Below are positions 54,912-64,000 of a DNA stretch of 64,000 nt, piece by piece. Both the position numbers and the translations under genes were made by a program. Below the pieces are notes generated by a model. That model searched no databases, was not told the DNA's origin, and worked only from the letters and a program-made list of their open reading frames with translations. The number at the start of each line of letters is the position of its first letter. Position 1 is the stretch's first letter. Source of the stretch: an uncultured Gemmatimonadales bacterium (GTDB lineage: Bacteria > Gemmatimonadota > Gemmatimonadetes > Longimicrobiales > RSA9); contig CAWAMW010000002.1 of NCBI GenBank assembly GCA_963783305.1, forward strand, positions 512,001-576,000. Direction: 5' to 3'.

Positions 54912-56207
54912 CTAGAGCGGCTCCTGCGCCCGAACCACCCGGACCTCCTGCACGCCCCGTCCTCGCACGGCCGTGACCTCCAGCTCCACCCCTTCGTGCT
55001 CCACCCGGTCGCCCACGACGGCCGGGCGGCCGAGCGTGGCCAGGATCAGCCCGCTGATGGTGTCCACTTCCTCGTGCTCCAGGACCAGGCCGAGCGCCTC
55101 ACCGAGCTCATCGAGACGCGCCGTCCCCGCCACCCTCAGGGTCCCGGTAGCATCACGGCGCACCGGGATCTGCTCCGCAGCGTCGCCGATCTCGCCCACC
55201 ACTTCCTCGAACAGGTCCTCGAGCGTGATGATGCCATCGGTGCCGCCGTGCTCGTCCATGACCACCGCCATGTGGGCCTTGGTCCGGCGCATTACCGCCA
55301 GCACCCGGTCGAGAGGATCGGTGGCGGGGATGAAAGGCACCTCACGGAGCATCTCCCGGTCCAGCGTGCCGCGCCTGGGCAACGCGTCCAGCAGGTCCTT
55401 CACGTGCACCACACCCAGGATCCGGTCGGGATCGCCGTCGTGCACGGGGTAGCGCGTGTGCCGATCGTCCACCACGAGGGAGTGGACCCTCTCGAGATCG
55501 GCGCCCAGCGGCAGCGCGGTCATGCCCGTGCGGGGCACCATCACCTCTCCCGCCGTGAGCTCGCCGAACTCCAGGAGCTCCTGGACCACACGCGCAGGCT
55601 CGTGCGCCAGCAGCCCCCCCGCGCGACTCTCCGCGACGATGAAGCCGATCTCGTCACTCGTGCGCGTCGCTTCCTCGCCGCCCACCGTCCGCTCGATCCC
55701 GAAAAGGGCCAGGAGCAGGTTGCCGATCCCGTTCAACGCCAGCACCAGCGGATAGAAGATCAGCTCGATCATCCGCATGGGCGCCGCCACGGCGACGGCC
55801 GTGTCCACCGGTGACTGCAGCGCTATGGCCTTGGGCACCATCTCCCCCAGCACCACGTGGAGGTAGGTCAGGAAAGTAATGGCGAGAGCGCTCGCCACCG
55901 CGTGCACGCTGATCCACCCTACGTCTCCCACGATCTCCAACTGGTGCGCCAGCCACTCCGCCAGCATGTGCTCCCCGTACATGCCGAGCGCCAGGCTGGC
56001 GGAAGTGATCCCCAGCTGGGCCGTAGCGATGTAGCGATCCTGCTCGCGCGCGTCCTGCACCACCCGGTTCACCAGCTTCGCGATACGATGACCCCCCGCG
56101 GCGCGGCGCTCCACCGCCATCCGCGGTGCGCCCACAATGGCGAACTCCGCCGCCACGAACAGCGCGTTCAGCAGGATCAGCCCCGCCACGATGAGGACCG
56201 GGGTCAT
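54912..56207 (-). CDS. CNNM/CorB (hemolysin-family) DUF21-CBS-CorC protein
   Basis: NALFVAAEFA, QLGIT, GEMVPK, VMVPR and DEHGGTDGIITLEDL motifs. Confidence 0.92.
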   Translation of the reverse strand: MTPVLIVAGLILLNALFVAAEFAIVGAPRMAVERRAAGGHRIAKLVNRVVQDAREQDRYIATAQLGITSASLALGMYGEHMLAEWLAHQLEIVGDVGWISVHAVASALAITFLTYLHVVLGEMVPKAIALQSPVDTAVAVAAPMRMIELIFYPLVLALNGIGNLLLALFGIERTVGGEEATRTSDEIGFIVAESRAGGLLAHEPARVVQELLEFGELTAGEVMVPRTGMTALPLGADLERVHSLVVDDRHTRYPVHDGDPDRILGVVHVKDLLDALPRRGTLDREMLREVPFIPATDPLDRVLAVMRRTKAHMAVVMDEHGGTDGIITLEDLFEEVVGEIGDAAEQIPVRRDATGTLRVAGTARLDELGEALGLVLEHEEVDTISGLILATLGRPAVVGDRVEHEGVELEVTAVRGRGVQEVRVVRAQEPL

Positions 56208-57547
56208 GGCTCTCTCCCGGGGGCCGTGTCCATCTCCGCGGGGCCGATGGGGCGCGCCAGGACCGACCGGACGGCGAACTGCTCCACGTCCTCCACCTCG
56301 ACCTCCACACCGTCCAGCAGCAGCGTCTCACCCGACTCCGGCACCCGCCCCAGGTGCTCGACCACGAGCCCGCCCACCGTATCGGACTCCCCTTCCCACA
56401 GCACACCCACCCAGCGCGGCGTGTGGTAGAGCGGAAGTCGTCCCGGCAGGCGGACGCGGCCGTCCGGAAGGCGGCGCGGCCGCTCGTCATCGCGTTTGAA
56501 CTCGTCGCCGACATCACCCAGCAGCTCCGTCAGGATGTCCTCCGTCGTGACGATGCCGGAGGTGCCGCCGAAGTCGTCCACCACCACCGCCATCACGCCG
56601 TGCTGGTCGCGCATCAGCGACAGGACCCGGTCGGCCGTGACCATCTCGTGCACCGCGAGGATCGGGCGCATCAGCGACGCAATCGATGGCGGGTCCTCGC
56701 CCGCGCCAGCCCCCGCCAGCCGCGCCACCATCAGGTCCTTGGCGTGGACGAAGCCCACCACGTCGTCCAGCGACTCGCCGTACACCAGGAACCGCGTGAA
56801 GGGCGAGGCCGACACCGCGCTGGCCGCCTCGTCGAACGCCAGGTCCCGCGACAGCGCCACCACCTCCGTGCGGGGGACCATGAGCTCCCGGGCCGTACGC
56901 TGCGTCAGTCCCAGCGCCCGGTTCAGTCGACGCTGCTCTTCCGGCTGCAGGTACCCGCCCTCCCGGCTCTCGGCGATGAGGAATCGGATCTCGTCCGGGG
57001 AATGCAGGTGCTGGTGCCCCACCGTGTTCACCCCCAGCAGCCGCAGCACCGCCCAGCCACTCCCGTTGAGGATCGCCACGAACCACGACAGCAGCCGCTT
57101 GGACCAGCGCATGGGGACCACGGTCAGGAGCGCGAGCCGGGTCGGATACTGGAGCGTGACCGACTTCGGCACGAGCTCCCCGAACACCATCTGCAGCGTG
57201 GTGAGACCCACGAGCACCACGGCCGCCGACGCCGACTGCGCCGCCACCGCCTGCATGTCGCCCCAGCGCTCGAACGCGGGCACCAGCGCGGTCCCGAGTG
57301 TCGCCTGGCCGTAGGCGCCGAGCACCAGGCTCGAGATGGTGATCCCCACCTGGCAGGCGGCGATGTAGGCGTCGAGCCGCTGACCGTCCTCGAGCGTCGG
57401 GAGGAGCTCCCGTGCCATCCGGTCCCCCTCCTCGGCCAGCTGGCGGATTCGGCTCCGGCGCACGCTCACGGCCGCGAACTCGGCGGCGACATACAGTCCG
57501 TTGAACGCGATCAGCATCGCGATGACGAACCAGGTGAAGAGCGTCAA
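56204..57547 (-). CDS. Second CNNM/CorB-family paralogue
   Basis: NGLYVAAEFA, QVGIT, GELVPK, LMVPR and DDFGGTSGIVTTED motifs; overlaps the next gene by ATGA. Confidence 0.92.
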   Translation of the reverse strand: MTLFTWFVIAMLIAFNGLYVAAEFAAVSVRRSRIRQLAEEGDRMARELLPTLEDGQRLDAYIAACQVGITISSLVLGAYGQATLGTALVPAFERWGDMQAVAAQSASAAVVLVGLTTLQMVFGELVPKSVTLQYPTRLALLTVVPMRWSKRLLSWFVAILNGSGWAVLRLLGVNTVGHQHLHSPDEIRFLIAESREGGYLQPEEQRRLNRALGLTQRTARELMVPRTEVVALSRDLAFDEAASAVSASPFTRFLVYGESLDDVVGFVHAKDLMVARLAGAGAGEDPPSIASLMRPILAVHEMVTADRVLSLMRDQHGVMAVVVDDFGGTSGIVTTEDILTELLGDVGDEFKRDDERPRRLPDGRVRLPGRLPLYHTPRWVGVLWEGESDTVGGLVVEHLGRVPESGETLLLDGVEVEVEDVEQFAVRSVLARPIGPAEMDTAPGREP

Positions 57548-57659
57548 GGCCTCTCGGGAACAGGTGTGGACAGTCCTGCGATGGTAGTCGGAGGAGCAGC
57601 GCGGAACAAGCGGTGCCGCCCGGCGAGCGGGTGAGCGCGGCGGCCACCGCGGCGAGAGA

Positions 57660-59597
57660 TCAGATCAGCCAGTTCGCGGCCCAGGCACCCACGTACGCCA
57701 GGAACAGCATGTAGCCGAACTGGAGCGCGGGCCATTTCCACCCGGCGGTCTCACGCCGCATCACCGCTACGGTCGACATGCACTGGAGCGCGAAAGCGAA
57801 GAAGATCAGGAGCCCCACGGCAGCGCCGAGATCCAGCTGCTGGCGCAGGTTCTCCATCAGCGTGAGCGAATCCTCGCTCGCGTCCTGCACTCCGTAGATC
57901 GTGCCCAGCGTCCCGACGATCACCTCGCGCGCGGCCAGCGACGAGATCAGCCCCATGCCGATCTGCCAATCGAACCCCAGCGGGGCGATGGCCGGCTCGA
58001 TGACGTGCCCCACCTGTCCGAGCACACTCTCCTCGATGGGCGGCGGACCGTCCGGCGAGCGCGGGAACTGCGTCATGACCCACAGCACCACCGTCACCGT
58101 GAAGATGATCCGGCCGGCACGCCGCAGGAAGATCCGGCTCCGGTCCAGCAGCCGGATGCCGAGCGACCTGAGAGACGGGAGACGGTACGGCGGCAGCTCC
58201 ATGACGAAGCTGGTGGACTTACCCCTGAGCAGCGTCCGCTTCAGCAGGAAGGCGGTCACCACGGCCGCGATCGCCCCGAGGGCGTACAGCCCCAGCAGCG
58301 TTGCCGCTCGTGTACCCATGACCGGCCCCAGCACGGGGCGCTCTGGGATGAACGCCGCGATGAGCAGAGCGTACACCGGGAGCCGCGCGGAGCACGTCAT
58401 GAACGGCGTGACGAATATGGTCGCCAGCCGGTCCCGCTCGTCCTCCACCGTGCGCGCGGCGAGGATCGCCGGCACCGCGCACGCGTAGCCGCTCAGGAGC
58501 GGAAGGAAGGCCCGTCCCTGCAGCCCCACCCGGTACATGAGCCGGTCGGCGATCACCGCCGCTCGGGCCATGTAGCCCGAGTCCTCCAGGACCCCCAGGA
58601 ACAGGAAGAGGATCAGGATCTGAGGCAGGAAGACGATCACCGACCCCACGCCCGAGAAGACGCCATCGATCACCAGCGATCGGATCCACCCGTCCGGCAG
58701 CCGCGGCGCCAGCCACTCCCCGGATGAGGTGATCAGCCACTCCGTGCCGTCCATGAACGGCGTCGCCCAGGTGAAGATTGCCTGGAAAACCAGCACGACC
58801 ACCGCCAGGAACACCAGCGGACCGGCCACACGGTGCAGGAGGACGCTGTCCAGCGTGTCGCTCCACCGCGACGGCCCCGGCGACCGATACTCCGCCGAGC
58901 CCACCGCCGCTCGCACCCGCTTCCGGCGCGCCTGGAACGCGTCCACCACCGGCAACGGCGTCCGCTTCGAGACGTTGCTCACCGTCCCCGCCGGTCGCGC
59001 CGGGCCCCGTCCCCGATCCGCCGCCGCCAACAGCCACGCCCGCACACGGTCCACCCCCGCGCCCGAGCGCGCGTTCGTACGCACCACCTCCACCCCGAGC
59101 GACGACGCCAGCTCCTCGTCGCTCACCGCCCCGCCCCGCGCCTCCAGCTCGTCCGCCATGTTCAGGACCAGCAGCGTGGGCAGATCGAGCTCCAGCACCG
59201 GCTCCGCCAGCATCAGCTGACTCTCCAGCCGCGTCGAGTCCACCACCAGCACCACCGCGTCCGGGGCCCGCAGACCCGCCACTCGCCCTTCCAGCACGTC
59301 CCGCGTCACCCGCTCGTCCAGCGTGCGCGCAGAAAAGCCGTTCACACCCGGCAGATCGACCAGGTCCACTTCCCGGTCATCCGCCAGACGCGCACGGCCC
59401 ACATGCTTCTCTACCGTCACTCCCGGATAGTTCGCCACCTTCTGACGAAGGCCCGTGAGCTGATTGTACAGCGTCGTCTTTCCCGCGTTCGGCGGGCCCA
59501 CCAGCGCGACCAGCGCCGCACCGCCCCCCGTCTCGATACCCTCGCCCGGCACCCGCCCGCGCACCGGCCGGGCAGGCGCGCTCACTCCCTCCACCAC
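57660..59597 (-). CDS. feoB: Ferrous iron transporter B
   Basis: GPPNAGKT, NYPGVTVE, DLPG, LEDSGYMAR, CSARLPVY and ELPPYR motifs. Confidence 0.96.
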   Translation of the reverse strand: MVEGVSAPARPVRGRVPGEGIETGGGAALVALVGPPNAGKTTLYNQLTGLRQKVANYPGVTVEKHVGRARLADDREVDLVDLPGVNGFSARTLDERVTRDVLEGRVAGLRAPDAVVLVVDSTRLESQLMLAEPVLELDLPTLLVLNMADELEARGGAVSDEELASSLGVEVVRTNARSGAGVDRVRAWLLAAADRGRGPARPAGTVSNVSKRTPLPVVDAFQARRKRVRAAVGSAEYRSPGPSRWSDTLDSVLLHRVAGPLVFLAVVVLVFQAIFTWATPFMDGTEWLITSSGEWLAPRLPDGWIRSLVIDGVFSGVGSVIVFLPQILILFLFLGVLEDSGYMARAAVIADRLMYRVGLQGRAFLPLLSGYACAVPAILAARTVEDERDRLATIFVTPFMTCSARLPVYALLIAAFIPERPVLGPVMGTRAATLLGLYALGAIAAVVTAFLLKRTLLRGKSTSFVMELPPYRLPSLRSLGIRLLDRSRIFLRRAGRIIFTVTVVLWVMTQFPRSPDGPPPIEESVLGQVGHVIEPAIAPLGFDWQIGMGLISSLAAREVIVGTLGTIYGVQDASEDSLTLMENLRQQLDLGAAVGLLIFFAFALQCMSTVAVMRRETAGWKWPALQFGYMLFLAYVGAWAANWLI

Positions 59598-59607
59598 CTG
59601 CTCTCCG

Positions 59608-59910
59608 CTACGCCGCGTCCACCGTCAGCCGCACGCACAGGCACGACGCCATCTCGCGCCGCAGCGCCAGCAGCGTTCCCTCCACGTTCACGATCGGATC
59701 CCCGAACGGCGACATCCGCACCGGACAGAGACGACACCCCGGCAGCACACCTCGCTCCAGCAGCGCCTCCATGTCCGACTCCGGCAGCTCCATCTCCTCC
59801 AGCTCCACCTCCTGGCCCAGCGGAACGTCCGCCAGCCGAAGCCGCCTAGGCTCCACCCCCGCCACCCCGTCGATCACTCCTCGCTCCGCCTGCGCGTATA
59901 CTGTGGCCAT
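59608..59910 (-). CDS. feoA: FeoA
   Basis: LLERGVLPG, SPFGDPI and LALRRE motifs; immediately upstream of feoB. Confidence 0.9.
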   Translation of the reverse strand: MATVYAQAERGVIDGVAGVEPRRLRLADVPLGQEVELEEMELPESDMEALLERGVLPGCRLCPVRMSPFGDPIVNVEGTLLALRREMASCLCVRLTVDAA

Positions 59911-59925
59911 GGGCTCGATGGTTGA

Positions 59926-59946
59926 GATTGAAACTGATTCTCAATC
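59926..59946. promoter_or_regulatory. Fur-box-like palindrome
   Basis: GATTGAAACTGATTCTCAATC, an AT-rich inverted repeat about 15 bp upstream of feoA. Confidence 0.8.
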
Positions 59947-60124
59947 AAGGTAACCCGCTCGTTCCCCGATGAAAAGGGCGCACCGCGCCTCCGCTCCACG
60001 TGGGCACGCGAACGCGCAGTATCGAAGGGGGCTCCGGGAAGGGGGCTCGGAAGAAGCTGGCGGGCGGCCGACCTGTGCTCGTTCGAGCGACGGTGCACGG
60101 CCAGCCCGTCGCTGTGGCCTCCGC

Positions 60125-61669
60125 TCAAGCCTCAGGGCTGCCGAGGGCCATGGCCTCCGTCCATTTGCGGAGCCTGTCGGCCTGGAGGGGGTGGGTGAGG
60201 AGGCTGGCGATCTCCGCCGACGCGAGGGCCGGGTGCGCGCCGCGCAGGCGTTCGAGAACCTTCCGGGCGAGATCGGCGTCGACGTGTGGCAGGACCAGCA
60301 CCACATCGCCGTCCGGGAGGAGCGCGAACAGGTCGCCGTCAGCGAGTCGGAGGCGAGACCGTGCGGCCTGCCAGAGGGAGTCGGGCGCCGCGCCCATCGC
60401 TGGGCGAAGCCGGGCCACCGCGAAGAACGGGGACGGCGTCCCGTCTCCGAGGCGCGCCATCGCTTCCGCCAATTCGAAAGCGTCCATGGGCCGGATTTCG
60501 CCGTTCTGACCCACCGGCTGCAGCGGGCGCTCCCGCGGTATCGGGCCGGGATGACCTGCGTGGCCGAGGGTGGCGGTCGCTTCGATGCGCGCGACGATAT
60601 CGGCGGCGGGCAGCTCGGAGATGATGAAGTCGTCGGCGCCGATCCGTAGTGCGCGGGCCCGGGTTGCGCTCCGGAGCCCGCGACTCGGTGACAGCAGCAC
60701 GATGGGCGCGCCGTTCCCGGACTTTCGGACGGTGTACATGAGGTTGAACACCCGCTCCGGGTCGTACGGGTCGAGGGCCAGGACCAGCATTCCGTGGCGG
60801 GCGTCCAGGAGCGGGATGAGAGACTGAGAGAGATCGGTGTGAACGTCCACGTCGCGTTCGGCTTGGAGCAGGGCCAGCACCTCCCCCGGCACTGTACCTT
60901 CCTCGTCCAGGACGACGACGCGTTCCCTCAGGGACCCGTCCACCTCTCGCTCGTACGACGGGAGGTCCTCGGAGAACCCGCCGCCCGGGCGCAGCGCGTA
61001 GAGGAAGGGCTCGGTGGAGAACGCCGCCTGGCGCACTTCGACGAAATTGAGGGCGCGGCGGCCCCGGCCGGCGGCGTCGAGGCGGATCACCGCGGAGGCG
61101 GATCGGGAGACGGGCTCCAGGTATCCGCTCCAGAAGGACCGGTGCACCGCGGTGGAGGCGAGCAGGTACGAGGTCGCGCCGCTCTCGTCGAGGAAGTGAT
61201 CGAGCTCCCGGATCAGCCTGGCCGGTGAGGCGGTGCACCGGACGAGTTCCTCGATGTCGTCCACCACGATGCGGCTGAAGCGCTCCTCCCGAGCGAGCCG
61301 CCGGAGCACCGCCACGGGTTGGTTGCGATACACGATGTCGTGGGACTCACCGGAACTACGGGTGTTCAGGACCCGGAGGTGCGGGCTGCTGGAGATCGGG
61401 CCGGGGCTGTAGCCGACGAGCTCGCCGAGTTCTTCGAGCACCGCGCCGCCGCCGGCGGTCACCAGCAGGCATCTCTCCTTCCGCTGCAGCCCGGCCATGA
61501 GGAAGTGGAGTCCCAGGGCGGTCTTGCCGGCGCCATCGGGGCCCGATACCACGAACCGGCCCCCGACCTCGATCCCGCCAAGGCGAGAGTCCAGCGCCTC
61601 GACCCCGGTAGACAGCATGCTCCGCCCGCGAGTGGTGGCGCTCGACGCGGCCGTGGAGTCGCGGCTCAC
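60125..61669 (-). CDS. KaiC/RAD55-like ATPase + receiver-like + degenerate GGDEF-like protein
   Basis: LSTGVEALD..LGG and GPDGAGKT; then APIVLLS...ALRIGADDFI; then RLRLADGDLFALLPDGDVVLVLP. GTG start overlaps the upstream stop (ATG at 61618 is an alternative). Confidence 0.72.
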   Translation of the reverse strand: MSRDSTAASSATTRGRSMLSTGVEALDSRLGGIEVGGRFVVSGPDGAGKTALGLHFLMAGLQRKERCLLVTAGGGAVLEELGELVGYSPGPISSSPHLRVLNTRSSGESHDIVYRNQPVAVLRRLAREERFSRIVVDDIEELVRCTASPARLIRELDHFLDESGATSYLLASTAVHRSFWSGYLEPVSRSASAVIRLDAAGRGRRALNFVEVRQAAFSTEPFLYALRPGGGFSEDLPSYEREVDGSLRERVVVLDEEGTVPGEVLALLQAERDVDVHTDLSQSLIPLLDARHGMLVLALDPYDPERVFNLMYTVRKSGNGAPIVLLSPSRGLRSATRARALRIGADDFIISELPAADIVARIEATATLGHAGHPGPIPRERPLQPVGQNGEIRPMDAFELAEAMARLGDGTPSPFFAVARLRPAMGAAPDSLWQAARSRLRLADGDLFALLPDGDVVLVLPHVDADLARKVLERLRGAHPALASAEIASLLTHPLQADRLRKWTEAMALGSPEA

Positions 61670-62322
61670 GGGTTCCCGCTGGCGTCGCCGGCGGGCGCCC
61701 CGGCCGACTCCTCCAGCTCCGGCCACCAGAACGTCGGGGTGCCGGTGGCGGACAGGCCCAGCGCCGCCCGGGCCCCGCCGTTGGCATCCGCGAAGAGGAG
61801 CGAGGCGGCGTCCCCGGCGGACATCCCCAGAACCGCGCGGGTGGTGCCGACCGCGTCGGCGAAGGCCAGGCTGCTGCTACGGTCGGAGAGGTGGCTGAGC
61901 ACGACGCGGTTGGCGCCCTTCTCATCGGCCATGGAGAGCCCCTGCTCGCCGTCCGCCCGTACGGTGAGCCGCATCCGCTCTACGCCGTTCGGATCGACCA
62001 GCACCAGGCGAGCGGCGCCCTGTTCGTCCACGGCCCAGTAGCCGCGCTCCACGCCCTGTCGGTCCACCAGCACCACCTCGCGGGCCCGGAGCGACGTGGC
62101 CGTCAGCAGCGGCAGGTCCTGGTGGAAGGCGAAATAGAGGAGGCCGCCCGTGCTTACGGCTGCCGCCAGCGCCAGGATCAGGGCGCTCCACCCCAGGACC
62201 CGGGCGCGACGCGACCGCCGGGCCTCCGCACGGAGCCGGTCGTCCATGCGCTGTCTGAAGTCGTCGAGAGTGCCCTGGATGGACGACACAATGGATTCCT
62301 GGCGGATCGTGGTCTCGCTCAT
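61666..62322 (-). CDS. Single-TM protein with short beta-repeats
   Basis: One TM helix, then repeated L.D..G..R..L units; ATGA overlap with the upstream gene. Confidence 0.72.
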   Translation of the reverse strand: MSETTIRQESIVSSIQGTLDDFRQRMDDRLRAEARRSRRARVLGWSALILALAAAVSTGGLLYFAFHQDLPLLTATSLRAREVVLVDRQGVERGYWAVDEQGAARLVLVDPNGVERMRLTVRADGEQGLSMADEKGANRVVLSHLSDRSSSLAFADAVGTTRAVLGMSAGDAASLLFADANGGARAALGLSATGTPTFWWPELEESAGAPAGDASGNP

Positions 62323-63773
62323 GCTTCTCTCGGCTTGGTGGTCATCCGGGCCCGGGTCTGAACGGCGTCGGGGGCCATGATGAGGAAGTAGGTCGCGCAC
62401 GCCCGCTCCAGCATATCGCCCTCCGGCCGGGGCTCCCGCCCCTCGTAGCGAGCGATGTCCTCCACGTGCTCCATGACGTCACGGGGGTGGCAGCCGCGTG
62501 GCTCGACGCCCCGGTCGTAGTACTCCTGGTAGAGAAAGTCGAGGGCCGACTCCAGATAGGGGATCTCCCGGCTCTCGCACTCCCGGCGCATGATCTCCCG
62601 CAGCGCCCGCCGGTCGGGGCTGGTCATCTCGATCTTGTACTGGATCCGCCGCAGGAACGCCTCGTCCACCAGGTCCTCGGGCTGGAGGTTGGTGGCGAAG
62701 ATGAGGAGCGCGTCGAAGGGGACGCGGAACTTCACGCCGGTATGGAGCGTCAGGTAGTCCACCCGCTTCTCCAGCGGCACGATCCAGCGATTCAGCAGGT
62801 CGTCGGCCGCCGCGTGCTGGCGACCGAAGTCGTCGATGATGAGCACGCCACCCGCGGCCTTCAGCTGGAAGGGCGCCTGGTACATGCGGGTCTTGTAGTC
62901 GTACTCCAGGTCGAGCTGGTTGAGCGTGAGCTCGCCGCCCGCCGTCACCACCGGCCGACGGATCCGCACGAAGCGCCGGTCGTGGGGCACCTCCCGCCGC
63001 AGCCACTCCGGCCCGCCACCGCCCGCCTCCTCCTCGACCTCCACCGGCACGTGGTGCGAGAGGTCGTACAGGATCATGGTCTGACCCGTGATGTCCACCG
63101 CGTGGGGGATGTAGACGGAGCCGCCCAGCAGGCGCGCGATGATCCCCGCAGCGTGCGTCTTCCCGTTTCCGGGGTCGCCGTGGAGGAAGATGGACCGGGC
63201 GGAGTTCACCGCCGGCCCCAGCACACGGAAGATCTCTGGATCCAGCACCAGCTCTCCGAACTCCTCCTCCATTCGCTCCGGCGTCACCCGCACCCGTCGG
63301 AGCGACTGCCGGGCGATCCAGTCCTCGTAGACCGCAAGCGGGACCGGCGCCGGCCCCACGTACTGACTCACCTCCATGGCCTCCCGGGCACGGTCCCTCC
63401 CCGCCTCCGTCAGGTTGAACCGGTAGCTCCCCCGGTTCGGGCCGGTCGTCCCGGTGACTTCCAGCAGGCGACGCTGCTGAAGCATCACCAGCCGCTCGTC
63501 CACGATGGCGAACGGGAGCGCCATGGACTCCGTCACCTCCCGACCCGTCCGCGCCCCCTGCACGTACAGCGTCTTCAGCAGCAGCTCGTCCACCGCCTCC
63601 CCCGTGAGCCCCGTCTCCTCCAGCGTGCGCGGCGCGGGCGGCGCCGCCGCGACTTCCATGACCTCCGCGACCTCCGCGACCTCCGCGACCTCCGCGACCT
63701 CCGCGACCTCCACCTCCTCCGGCGCCACCGGCGGGTCCAGGCGCTGCGCCGCGCTCCGCTCGAGACCGCTCAT
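62319..63773 (-). CDS. AAA+ ATPase with an N-terminal winged-helix-like region
   Basis: YVGPAPV, GDPGNGKT, LIIDDFGRQ, LLNRWIVPLE and DEAFLRRI motifs. Confidence 0.88.
   Translation of the reverse strand: MSGLERSAAQRLDPPVAPEEVEVAEVAEVAEVAEVAEVMEVAAAPPAPRTLEETGLTGEAVDELLLKTLYVQGARTGREVTESMALPFAIVDERLVMLQQRRLLEVTGTTGPNRGSYRFNLTEAGRDRAREAMEVSQYVGPAPVPLAVYEDWIARQSLRRVRVTPERMEEEFGELVLDPEIFRVLGPAVNSARSIFLHGDPGNGKTHAAGIIARLLGGSVYIPHAVDITGQTMILYDLSHHVPVEVEEEAGGGGPEWLRREVPHDRRFVRIRRPVVTAGGELTLNQLDLEYDYKTRMYQAPFQLKAAGGVLIIDDFGRQHAAADDLLNRWIVPLEKRVDYLTLHTGVKFRVPFDALLIFATNLQPEDLVDEAFLRRIQYKIEMTSPDRRALREIMRRECESREIPYLESALDFLYQEYYDRGVEPRGCHPRDVMEHVEDIARYEGREPRPEGDMLERACATYFLIMAPDAVQTRARMTTKPREA
63650..63718 (-). 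repeat. 9-bp in-frame tandem repeat (EVA)n
   Basis: GACCTCCGC tandem copies. Confidence 0.85.
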
Positions 63774-64000
63774 GCCATCCTCTTCTTTCTTCTCCAGCTG
63801 GTGTGCCTGTCGTTCGTCACGTCCCGGGACCGCGATGGCTCTCCGGTGGCGCTGCCCCAGGAGAGCTCGTCGCCGATCTCCGTCCGCGTCACCGTCAGCG
63901 TCCCCACCGGCAGCTCGAGGGCGTGGGCGGCATGGCGGTGGAAGGGGGTCCAGCGCCAGGGCCGCAGGTCCGGGTGGGCGGCCACGACCTCACCCGCCTC
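63770..64000 (-). CDS. DUF192-like protein, C-terminal part (truncated by the window edge)
   Basis: LRPWR...HALELPVG...IGD pattern. Confidence 0.65.
   Translation of the reverse strand, partial: EAGEVVAAHPDLRPWRWTPFHRHAAHALELPVGTLTVTRTEIGDELSWGSATGEPSRSRDVTNDRHTSWRRKKRMA

Noticed and set aside
1..64000. Prophage, integrative element or recognised anti-phage island
   Set aside because: No integrase, tRNA attachment site, phage structural gene or evident compositional shift was seen.

Overview
A very GC-rich, gene-dense bacterial chromosomal segment. Its gene repertoire resembles Gemmatimonadota/Longimicrobiales, but this is inference only, as no marker gene is present. I found no rRNA, tRNA, CRISPR array, integrase or intact transposase. 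From left to right it holds: tsdB(partial)-tsdA; an aldo-keto reductase remnant; arsR-arsP-thioredoxin; a HipA-like kinase/DUF3037 pair; a B12 photoreceptor (CarH-type) divergent from a fasciclin gene; a Ser/Thr kinase and a TIGR02999-type ECF sigma enclosing two lipoprotein genes; two decayed genes (YejM-like, PEP-CTERM); fluoride riboswitch-crcB-DUF190; a metallophosphoesterase; blaI/blaR-like genes divergent from an apparently catalytically dead AmpC-like protein; MetOD1 plus a histidine kinase; a membrane LuxR regulator divergent from DUF2231, a Cyc2-like cytochrome-porin and two cytochromes; a STAND-BTAD regulator; an Omp85 barrel with a kinase-like N-terminus; a MITE/REP-like element; an L,D-transpeptidase; brxA/B; a P1B ATPase; cysE, cysK and glnS-YqeY; AbiEi/DUF559; tandem repeats; DUF4105; two CNNM genes; Fur-box feoAB; and the end of an operon (DUF192, AAA ATPase, membrane protein, RecA-REC-GGDEF* protein). 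The strongest new observations are (1) three exactly spaced copies of TGAGGG-N17-CGCT(C/A)TAC defining a probable kinase-activated ECF regulon, (2) a Cyc2-like electron-transfer operon, (3) a BlaRI-linked pseudo-enzyme operon, and (4) a possible envelope kinase/phosphatase pair with Omp85. All family calls come from motif recognition by eye; no database search was run.
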